34,671 bases of DNA, from positions 1 to 34,671 of the forward strand of contig JAUCBJ010004716.1 of the NCBI GenBank assembly GCA_032718475.1, in the 5' to 3' direction. Position numbers and translations under genes: made by a program. Below the pieces are notes generated by a model, which saw only the letters and a program-made list of their open reading frames with translations, had not been told where the DNA came from and ran no database searches. How positions within the stretch are numbered: position 1 is the stretch's first letter; each line of letters opens with the position of its first letter. Below, in pieces: positions 23,521-33,789 of this stretch. Origin of the DNA: Nemertoderma westbladi (Eukaryota; Animalia; Xenacoelomorpha).

Positions 23521-26500
23521 CTACGGTGCGCCCTCTAGCAGGCAGCACTTTCCTACAGCCCTCCTGTAGGTCTTCCTATCTTTCGCTCCTATCTTACCAC
23601 CTATCCGCACTTCTACCGATCGGACTCTTCCGTCCTCGTCGGAGTAAGTGCCCACAACTCTCGCCAATCTCCATTGGTTGTTGATGATGGTGTCGTCCGT
23701 GACGATCACCAGATCACCCTCTTTCAACTCCCTAGTGGTATTTCTCCACTTGCTCCTCCTATGAAGCGTGGGTAGATATTCCTCGACCCACCTCCTCCAG
23801 TACTCCGCGCTTATCGCCTTAGCGACTTTCCAACTCTGGCGGGAGTGTATATCGTCTGGGTCTACACCCCGCATGTCGATGGTTGCCGATGCCTCTCCAT
23901 TAGAAAATGACTGGGCGTCAGCACATCTAATGACTCTGGGTCATCATTTTCTGGATATAGCGGTCTGCTATTAATGATGCCCTCGCACTTTGCCAGTACC
24001 GTCCTTAGTACATCCTCTGTTACCATGTGGGTGTTCATCAACTTCCTCATTAGACGCTTGGAACTACCCACGAGTCTCTCGACGCATCCTAGAGTATGCG
24101 GAGCATACGGCATCCTCCTCTCCCACTTCACCTGTCGTCTTCTCATGGCTGCCCTGACTTCCTCCCCTTCCAGGATGTCCAAGGCATCTGCCAGCTCGTT
24201 CTCTGCCCCCACAAAGTTGGTTCCGTTGTCGGAGTATATCACTGCGATCGTCCCACCTTTGCGGTATCTGAACCTCTCTAGGGCATTGATGAATGCCGAT
24301 GCGGTTGCGTCTTGGGCGAGTTATATACCTACCGCCCGCGTGTTGTTACATACGAAGATAATGCCGTAGCGCTTCTCCGTGTGCCGCATCACCTTAATCT
24401 TTATTGGCCCGAACATATCCACACCGCAGTGCGTGAATGGCGGGTCGTGCTGTCTCACCCTACTGGCCGGTAGTGGCGCCATCTCCTGTATAGCCCGCTC
24501 CTTCTTTGTCCGTCGGCAGGTCTGGCACAGCCCCACTACCGCTTTTACCTTCTTCCCTGTTTAACCCAAAAGGTCCTTCGTATCTCCGTGAGGGTTCGGT
24601 TGGTGCCCCCGTGCAATATCGACTTGTGGGAATCCCAAATGATCTGGTTCACTATCGGCGATCCATTAGGGATGATGATGGGCTTCGGTGGAATAATGAT
24701 GCTGTTGTTATTTAGCACCCTGGAATTCATTACTAAGATCCCATCATCATTGAGTTGTGGCGACAGCGCGATCAGCTCGCTGTCCCGTCATAGATGCTGT
24801 TGTTTACTGACGCGTTCCACCTCGTCGCCGTAGTTCTTTCTTTGTTCGTAGCAGATGACGGCCTTGGCCGCTCCCTCCAGATCGATGTTTTGTTTATTTG
24901 TTGTGACTTTGCCGACTCCCTTGAGGAAATCCCCGAAGGCCCTCCAGTACGCCACTAACTTCTTGGTCTTGTACCAACTTGAACTGTAGCTGAGGAGTTT
25001 GTCCGTCGGGTTATCGCATAGTTCTTCCGGTTTTGGTTGCACGTCCCTTATCTCCCTCACCATCTGGCTATATATCTCTTCACTTTCTGAGTCTCCTCCC
25101 TCTTCTTCTAGTACTACTTCCTCCGAGCCCGGGTCCACCTTCTTCATTGGTGGCCAGGCTGTCTTATCATTTAGGAATTGCGGCCCATGCTGCCACAATA
25201 CTTCCTTCTTCGAGAAGTGTGGCGTGCCACGCCCCTCGAATAACAAGTCCGCTGGGTTCTCGTCCGTTGGGCAGTAGTGCCACCTCTCCAACTCAGTCTT
25301 CGCTCTTATTTCGTCCACCCTATTTGCGACGAATATAGGGTATCTCGTCTTCTCATTGTGTAGCCAACCAAGCACTACCATGGAGTCCGTCCAGTAGTGC
25401 GTTTCCAATATGTTGGGAATGGTGTCCATCAAGTAGGCTGTGGCTCTTACTCTTAGTCTCGCAGTTGTCAACTTGAGGTTCGGGACCGATGCTGAATCTG
25501 GCGACATTGACTTGGGTTCGCTGAATGCAAGTCTGGGCTTATGAGCCCCCTCTTGTTGTACTAGGTAAAGTGCCGCTCCGTATGCCCCCAATGATGCATC
25601 GGAGAACATGTGTAGGTCCAGATTCGTCATGTCCCCATTCGGGAAATACACGCGTAGCATGCTGTATGTCCCCATCTGTTCTAAACTCTCTGTCCACTTG
25701 CTCCACTGTTTGCTGATCTCTTCCGGGACCTCTGTATCGCATTCATCCTTTAGCTTATATACTTTCTTAAGTATTTGTTTCCCAGTGACTAATAATGGGG
25801 ATGCTAGGCCTAGGGGATCGTATATCCTCGCTACGTACGATACATAGCCCCTCTTTGTGTGGATGTTCGCGCCCTCCTGGCTCAGCTGGTACTTGAACTC
25901 GTCTATCTCTTGGTTCCACACGATCCCTAGTGCCTTCTGTTGGGACTCTACCTTCTTGTTCGCCATGTCCTTCCCCTTGGCTGTCGTGGGATTATCCATG
26001 GTTGATTCTGGCCTCCTGTCCTCTATGGCTCTCATAAACTCTCCCTAGCTGGACAGGAACTTGGTCAGGTTAAACCCGGATCCTTTCAGGATGTCGTGAA
26101 CCTCGCGCCCTGTATCCAGTAGTTCTTTAACCGTGTTTCCAGACTCCATCCCGTCATCTACATAGAAGCCGCGTCGAATCATATCGACGGCTTTGGCGCT
26201 GTATCTCTCCTCTTTCCCCTCTACTGTGTCCCTCACAGCCTCAGTCGTCGTAAATGAGGACGACTTGGCCCCCATATTCTGCACCTCCATCTGTACATCA
26301 GTATTGTCGACGGTTCCTCATCGCCGTTGTACCATAGGAAGCGCTGGCTGTCACTATCCTCCTCCGTAACGCGGACTTGGTTGAACATGCCTTCAATGTC
26401 GCATGTGAAGGCGTGCTTCCCATTTCTGAATCTGAGTAGGACCTCGATCCCTGAGTTGTAGATATTGGGACCCTCTAACAGATAATCGTTTAGGCATTTG

Positions 26501-28650
26501 CCGTTGGTCTTAGCTGATGCATCAACTACCATCCGTAGTTTACCTTTCTTCGGATCTAGAGCCACGTGAAGTGGTAGGTAATAGGTCCTGTCCGTGTTCG
26601 GTTCGTCGACCGGTAACTCCACGGCCCATCCTTTCTCGATATACTTCCTAATCGTCTTGTGAATGTACTCATTCTTTTCGGGGCTCCGTTTTAGCATTTG
26701 CTTTAACTTACGAAGCCTCGTGAGTACCATTCCTTTGTTGTCAGGTAACGGTAGTTTTGGTTATTTCCATACCATCCCTATGGTATACTGCCCCTCGTCG
26801 CATGTTATCGACTCCTTTACGCTTTGTAAAGCCTGCTTATCTTCTACTGAGGTTCCGACCCCGGTCTCTTTCAATCCCTCAAAATCCTGTCTAAGCAGTC
26901 TCCTGAGCTGCTCCTCCGCTCCTTCGTCTTCCATCTCCCGCATAGTTCCCGCGAACATGCACCCTGATGTCTCTGACATCCTAAACGGTATCTTGGTTTT
27001 GATTGGGCCACTTAGCCTCCACCCGAATGGTGTTGAGATTGCCACCGGGTCATGCTGTTTGTCTTCGCCGAAGACCGTGTTCGCGCTTTTAGACCTTTAG
27101 CAGTTTAACCTGCAAAATTTAGGTGTCTTTTAGGTTATAAATCGACTTTAGCCTATGACAAGTATTTGATACACTACATTAGCCGAAGCCAGCCTATGCG
27201 CGACCATTCACCCGCTGGATATACCCGGGAGACTGGATTCGGAAGCTCTGACCTTATTGCGGTGTAGGCCTACTGTATTATTCGATTGATCGTTAATATA
27301 TAATCTCTGACAAATATTATTCACTTTCGGGAAATATTAACAGTTCCTTTAGGACGTGGCGCTCTAAGTATGTAAACAGAGTTATGACTTACACTAAACA
27401 CAACAGGATGGCTATTGATTCACGTATAAAGCGCATTCTTTAGGAGATGCTTTGTTATCTGTCACAGTCATGCACACTAACGCACAATGCTGCACCGATC
27501 TGTCGACCTTCACTAATTTTAGTCACATATAAAGAGAACAGCCACTGACACATGTAGTGCCTATGAAATAGCATTAGATTCACTCCAAAACCAATATAAT
27601 GTAAGTCGCAATTGCTATATGTAACCGGTCTCTTACCTTCAGTATATCAAGAAGATTGGGGTTTTATGATTATTTATCGATATTATCCAAATATAACAAT
27701 ATTCCATCAACTGATATAATTAATAACCGACAGTAAATAGCAGTAAAATAATGCGGTGTTTGTATGTGACAATATGATAGGTATGACAATATGACAAGTG
27801 TGATAACAGTTATACGTTTCTATGATCAAAGCCGTTCTAATGTTTGGCTAAAGTCTGAAACACAGAATAATTCCACAGCCGATGTTCTGGCATCAGGAAA
27901 AAAGGTAAACATAAACCATAATGCATTGCGCGATTTCCCGGAGGTTTCTGTACAAATAAAATGAAAATCGCTCTGATTGGTTGACCGAACAAAGAACAGA
28001 GAAAAAGTTACACGTGTACTTATCAGCTGATAGATGTCGTCATCGGAACTACACTGTATCAAGAGTATTTTGGCGTATTGCGACATAAAATCGCTAGTTA
28101 TGTCCGCTAAAGTACACATACAGAAGAAATGGCTTTTTATGTCCACTAAAACACTGGTAAAGTAAGGAAACGGCTTTTTATGTCCGCTAAAACACCTACA
28201 GAGTACTTTGCGGGGAAAATGACTAGCTAATTCCGCAAAAGCCTTTACAGACCATCTGCATTCTCTCGTGGGCGGACGGGCAGTCCATTCCTACTATAAT
28301 GGATACCTTCCTAACGTCCACTTCTGGTATCGAGAAGTCGATACTGTCCAGGAACCTATATTGTTCAACCTCGATGTTGGTTGGTCGCCTGGCGTTGATA
28401 TTTATCGACTCTATCACCTGGATGGGGTCGATTGTCATCCCATAATCGCATCCCGGTGCTATCGCTGCTATCCCGCACCGTCCAGTCCCTCATCTCCAGG
28501 ACCTCATCTTTGCTGGAGATGGTTGTTACCGCCATTCACCAATGTGAAGGCTGCTCCACTGTCGACCAGCATCAGTGTGGTTACTGATCGATCGCCTTCC
28601 CCGATTACCCTCACTGGTACTACCCCGAGTAGTACCGTTCCTCCCTTCTT
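23521..28650 (-). pseudogene. pol: Element B pol (PR-RT-RH-IN), frameshifted and split by a solo LTR
   Basis: VPVRV...LVDSGA (PR); TPFGW.LSGP; YYLPLH...LRMVVDAS...LNDYLLEGPN...DIEGMF; FYVDD; YDPLG; LHMFSDAS; YWTDS; NPADL; HGG; CGVDMFGP; SDNGTNFVGA; ERLV; YLPTLHRRSKW; DGRVRSV.V. Confidence 0.96.
27078..28249 (-). mobile_element. Solo LTR (1172 bp) of an A-related Bel/Pao subfamily inside B pol
   Basis: TGTTCGCGC...CCTTTACA, colinear with LTR A but clearly more diverged. TSD GACCG (27073-27077) / GACCA (28250-28254). Removing it restores ...ERMQ-TVFGEDKQHDPVAISTPFGW. Confidence 0.95.
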
Positions 28651-31094
28651 CGCCCCTATGGTGCTTGTCGCCATTGTCTGTCCTTTGCCTTGACCGAACT
28701 TAATTGGTGTCTCCTTACACTCTTCAACCTTGTGTCCTCCTACCACGCATCGGTGACAGACTGCATTCTTATCCGCATAGGCTTTCCGATCTTGTTCGGG
28801 TAACGCCTGCCAATGCTTACAGTCCATGGTCTTATGGGTTCCGTCTTTGTGCAATTGACATTCATATCCCGGGTTGTAACGTTCCTTATACAGCCCTACG
28901 CATATTGCGCGTAGGTTCACGTCTACCAATTTAGTGTTTTGGTTATTTGGGTTTGGCCTTGGGATTATGTTTGTTCATGTTGTTATTTCGTCCCTGTTCA
29001 TGCCACGGTCTGGCCCCACTCCCAACTATCTGTGTTCTGGCAGTCCCCTGTGTCGCCGCGTATGGTAGGGATTGTCTTAGTTTTGGTAATGCATTTGCCG
29101 CATTGTGCTCTGGTTTCGGCCTGTTGTATTCGACCCTCGGCGCCTTTCCCAGACTATCCTCGCTATAGACTGGGTCCGTGATCAACTCAGCTTCGTAGTT
29201 GAGGAAGTTCGACATTTCCTCTAGGCCCGGTTCCGCACCCTTCTTCTCTCGGGTGGAGAAAGCGATTTTTCTCCACTTACTGCGCAGCCAGATTGGCAGT
29301 GCCTGCGCTATCGTGGTGATATTATTAGATGCGTTGAGTTCGTATGGCGCGTCTAACGTCTTCAACACAATTAGTGCCTTCTCGACTTTGTTCGCAAATG
29401 TCTTTATGCTAACGGGGTTATCCTGCAGGCCACCCGATGTTATACCTCTCAGGGTCTGCCGGATGATCTTGGCCAGTTGCCCGTACACCCTGTCTAGTGA
29501 CAGCCATGCTGTCGTGAAGCCGCCCTCGATGCCCTGGTACTGCCTCACGATGTCGTATGCTGGGCCTCCTGTATACACTTGTAGATATTTTAGGCACTCC
29601 GCCTGTGTCAAGTTCTTCGTCAATATTTCATTGCTATACATGCGCCGAAACTGCAGGTATTCTTCCGGCCTACTCCCATCGAATTTGAATGGTTCTACAG
29701 GTGGTAACTCGATCCTGGTTCTTAATGCATCGATCAATGTAGCCATTCCCATTGCTTGTGCTTCCAATGGGTTCGATGGATGCTGTAGAGATTCTCCTGT
29801 TGGGTGCTGTCCGCCCGTCCTATCTGCCGCCTTTCTCTGCGTCGGATATATCATTGGGGGTAGCGGTCCCCTCCATATTTCGGTGTCGCATGATCTGTTC
29901 TCGTCCAGGGGGTTCGATGTTCTTATTCCTGTTTGAGTATATTGTTGATATTGAGATGAGGGAATGTCACCCTGCCCCCCCCCCCCCCCCCACCATTATG
30001 TTTGGTACTGGGGTTGATGTTAATATATTGAGGCCCATGCACCTATCCGCAATAACTCTCCCCTCCCCTGGATATATGTTATGTCCTTGTATGCTATAGT
30101 CATACTGCTGTGCTGGTACCGGTATAGGCCTATCCACTTCTGGCCTACCTACCGGTATGTACTCCGCGACTTCCGGGTTTAATCCCGTTGTCCGCGCCGC
30201 CCTATCGCCTACATTATCTCTCCCAGCATGGCCTATAGTATGTGCAGTAAGACCTACAGTATGTCCTGCAGTCTGTATGTGTCGCTCGGGATTGAAGTTT
30301 AACCTTCTCGAATAATCCAAGAAGTCCTCCCGGCGGCTACCGTATCCTTGATCGGCAGCTATATCCCATCGGGAAGTTTCTCTTTGATCCCCTCTACTGT
30401 TCTCGTCCTCGTACCGGTACACCCTGTACCCCTCTCTCGGCGTGTAGTACGCCTCGCCAGGTCGCGTCTCTCCGGGACGATGGCAATCTCCCGGAGTTCG
30501 ACCCCACCGACTCTCCGTCTCCATCTCTTACTACCGACGGCTCGCTATCCGTCCTCGCTCTCCTGTCGCTCGCGACGACACCTCCTCTACTCTCTTCCCT
30601 TCTTCTCTCTGCAGTGCAGTGTCCCCGCTCATGAGATCTCTCGTCGACCTCCCAGTTAAACTCCACTGTTCTTCTTCCCTCTTCTGACTGGGCTTGACGT
30701 CTCGTCACTCACCCTCTCGCGACGTTAACCTCTCTCTCTCTACTCGGTCGCACGCCGCTGGGGATACTCGTAATCCCCCTACTATTCTCCATCGCTGGGT
30801 GCTGCGGTTCACCTAATTCGCCCCGCGCATTATCTGCCGACACCTGTGGGACACTCTCTGCCCCCCCCCCCCCCCCCTTCTCACCGCTAATCTCTCGTCG
30901 TGGGGCTCCTGTAGCCCCCCCCCCCCCACTCGCCACCTATCACTTCACTATCTCTTACTTCACTTCTACACCCCTCTCTAGACGACGCACTAACTACACT
31001 ACGGCTGGGTCTATTCACCCCCGCCTCTCCCTCTGTCACTGTGTTGGCTGGTAGGCTCCCGTCGGGTTGACTTAACCCCGCTACTCCCTGCGCA

Positions 31095-31245
31095 CTAACT
31101 ATGTGGCCTACCAGGCTCTCATTGGGGTTTCTCACCTCCGTTACTCCCTACCTACTGACTACGTGGCCTACCAGGCCCCCGTCGGGATCTCTCGCCCCCG
31201 CCACCTTCTGCCTACTGATTGCGTGGCCTACCAGGCTCTCATTTG
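31095..31245 (-). repeat. 60-bp in-frame tandem repeat x3 in gag B (xLVGHxxS units)
   Basis: GTGGCCTACCAGGC at 31103, 31163 and 31223. Confidence 0.85.
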
Positions 31246-31269
31246 CCGGGCCACCTGCGTCCGCCACGT

Positions 31270-31630
31270 TTATATTAATAGCACCATTATTAATATTATT
31301 TTCTAAATTATTTAAATTATTTTGTACATCTGAATTAGAAATGGGATTATTTTGGTCTTTCGAATTAAGATTATTTGGATTATTTTGCGTAATTAAAATT
31401 AGTTGAATTATTTTGTATATTCGGGTTTAGATTATTTGAATTATTTTGCATAACTATATTATTTGAGTTATTTTGTATATTCGGGTTTAGATTATTATTT
31501 AAATTATTTGGACTACTTTGTACATTTATATTAAAATCGTTCGGATTTAAATTACTATCGGGCAAAATATTATTTCCTGCAATGAAATTTTGATTAGGGT
31601 TATCTACTACGGTACTATTAATATTAACGT
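31270..31630 (-). repeat. AT-rich, Asn-rich coding block with a 60-bp duplication
   Basis: NNLNPNIQNNS units; TTATTTTGTATATTCGGGTTTAGATTATT at 31408 and 31468. Confidence 0.8.
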
Positions 31631-31999
31631 TCTCTAAAGTATTGTTATTACCCCCCCGCCCGTACGGTTACACCAGTCTTGGGTCTGTCGTCCAGTCCCT
31701 GTAAGTGGGGTTTTAACGAACGTTTCCATAACTTCTGGCTCCTCGTAAACACTACCCGAGCCAGCCTCACTTTCTGACAGCCCCAACTGCGCCAGTTCTA
31801 GTCGGCGTTTCTGTTTGGCCTGATATTGCATAAGCTCCCTCAGCCGGGCATGCATATCATCCTGCACACGCTTCCCCATTCTCTCTATCTCCTTATCCTC
31901 TCGCAAACTCTGGTTCACTAACTCTGTTTCTCTCGCCACCCGCTCTCTACGTTCATTTGTTTCTCTCTCCACCCTCGCTGCCTCCCTCACTTCTTGTTC

Positions 32000-32170
32000 T
32001 TTGTGCTCCTCGTTCTCCCTCTCACGCTCCTCTTTCTCCCTCTCTTCTTGCTCCTCTTTCTCCCTATTGCGCTCCTCTTTCTCCCTCTTGCACTCCTCTT
32101 TCTCCCTCTCGCGCTCCTCTTTCTCCCTCCCTTCTCGCTCCTCACGCTCCTCTTTCTCCCTCTGTTCTTG
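32000..32170 (-). repeat. 21-bp (heptad) repeat encoding REKEE(R/Q/C)(E/K/N)
   Basis: CTCCTCTTTCTCCCT units spaced 21-30 bp apart. Confidence 0.85.
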
Positions 32171-33186
32171 CTCCCTACAGTTCCTGGCTACCCTCTCAGC
32201 TCTCTCTCGCCCGCCACCCCCTCGCCAACACTCCCTCGCCAACTCTCTCTCTCTCTCTAGCAACGCAGCTCCCTCCTCCAACTGCCTCTCTAACTCCTTT
32301 TGGTCTAGGGCCACGATATCCAACTGGCACATCAGATCTATTTCTAGCACCCTTCTTACTTTTGCGGAGGATGTAGCAGACTTGTCGGTCGCGACGGACT
32401 CCCATCTCCTCCCCGTCCTACTAACTTTCCCCCGCTTTCTGAGGTTTTCGCCGACCGACGAGACCGAATCCTCGGGGTTAACCTTGGATTCGCCCTCCCG
32501 CGGTCCCGCCCAACCCACTAACTTAATTCCCCTGGCATCCACTAAGTACGGCCCTATGTACACTACACCAGGCTCAATAACCCCTAGACTTCCACAGTTC
32601 GAACAGTTCGGTGGCGGTCTCTCTCGCTCTCTCACCCACCAACTCTCCTTGCCCAAAGCGAACTAGATAATCAAAATGTTTGTTCGACTCACCTAGTCGC
32701 TGTTCTAGTTTCACCTGGTCCAGTTTTATTCCCTCCTTGGCTTCCTTCAGCTGTCTCCTTGTTGCGTTGTAGGCTCGTCGCAACCAGTCGCTGACTCCGA
32801 CGTCCTCGTCGCCGACATCCCCTCTTTCTCTCCGTGTTCGGCGTCGTACCGGCGGCCCCACCGTCGCCGTTCCGGTGGGCCATCCGTCGCCGTCGGCCTG
32901 TGGCTGGCTGGCGACATGGGTACCTCGTGAGCCGTAGTGCGTCGACTCGTCTCTCCCTTCTCTCCACTCGCTCGTCCCTCGTTGTGGTAGACGGCCGCCC
33001 TCCGCCTGAGCTACCGGTTAGCTCCTCTCCGGCGAGTCCGGTGTTGCGGGTCGATACCATCGCGTCGCGGCCTCGCGGATCGTTTCGTTCGTATCGTCCG
33101 GGGTCCGCGGCGGTGTCGTCTCTCTTTCTTGACTCATCTTATCTCTGTCCTACTTGAGTCTGGCAGTCACAGTTCGCAGTTTGGGT

Positions 33187-33195
33187 ATTTCGCAC
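33187..33195 (-). promoter_or_regulatory. Non-tRNA primer-binding site candidate of element B
   Basis: Element-sense GTGCGAAAT abuts the LTR end (..TCACA) with no TGG; it is the exact complement of the LTR motif at 33410-33418 and 21459-21467. Confidence 0.65.
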
Positions 33196-33789
33196 TGTGA
33201 TGGGATCAGTGGATCCGGACTGGTTTTGTTTCGCTACGCGTCACCGTGTTGATGATAAGAAGAAAAGATGGTGGTTGTTATCGTTCGAGTTGTTATAGGT
33301 TGACACATAGATATCACAGCACAGTTGATAGATAATTGAATGGTGATATAATGAGATAACTGAGTACCGGTAAATACAATATGTTGTTTGTACTGTAGTG
33401 ACGGTGACGGTGCGAAATGTCACCGTACCGCACCTGATGACTGAGTAAACTGAATCTTGGGCACTAACCGGTAATATTATATATCTACATTACCTATGGC
33501 CATTGTACCCAGCGGATGCGTTTCTTGGCTCCCATTGGCCAATAACCTAATTCTCGCCCTCGACTCTGTGGGATTGTCCCCCCCCCCCCCCCCCCCACTG
33601 CTGTTACTTTCCCTTCCCGGAGGTTTAACCTCTGACCCCCCTTTGTGTGCGGCCCTTTGGGGTTTGTCGTCCCCGTTTATTGGGGGTGATACGAGGTTGA
33701 TTGGTAATCAATCTCGTATTCCCCAATATTGCTTAAAGGCACCGTTTCCCAACTTTATGGGGTGGTCAGCGGAATTGAATCCACTGACA
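33196..33789 (-). repeat. 5' LTR of element B (594 bp)
   Basis: TGTGAT...CTGACA; minus-strand TATATAA (~33484-33477) with TCAGT initiator-like motifs ~25-35 nt downstream. Confidence 0.96.

Larger units (their letters stand above)
28650..33060 (-). pseudogene. gag: Element B gag with long low-complexity N-terminal extension
   Basis: Probable start MVSTRN at 33060; fragments linked by frameshifts; E/R/K coiled coil (31634..32656); Asn-rich block; gag core LPPVEPFKFDGS...Y..F...LKYL..YT.GPA...L...YG...LP..LR.KW...F (28943..29854); knuckles CQLHKDGTHKTMDC and CHRCVVGGHKVEEC. Confidence 0.9.
21245..33789 (-). mobile_element. Bel/Pao LTR retrotransposon 'B', full length, decayed, nested in A's 5' LTR
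   Basis: LTR pair 21245-21837 / 33196-33789; TSD CCTTA (21240-21244) / CCTTG (33790-33794), with a single CCTTG at the empty site 5051-5055; complete gag-pol motifs. Confidence 0.96.

Noticed and set aside
29970-30930. Programmed frameshifting in gag B at G-runs
   Set aside because: Frame changes coincide with long C/G homopolymers (~29975, 30860, 30915). Sequencing error or slippage decay is more likely, and Bel/Pao gag-pol is usually a single ORF.
12244-33157. Many plus-strand ORFs (e.g. 29199..29936, 32001..32666, 26663..27100, 17332..17697)
   Set aside because: Antisense shadows of the minus-strand gag-pol frames, Ser/Leu-rich, with no independent motifs.
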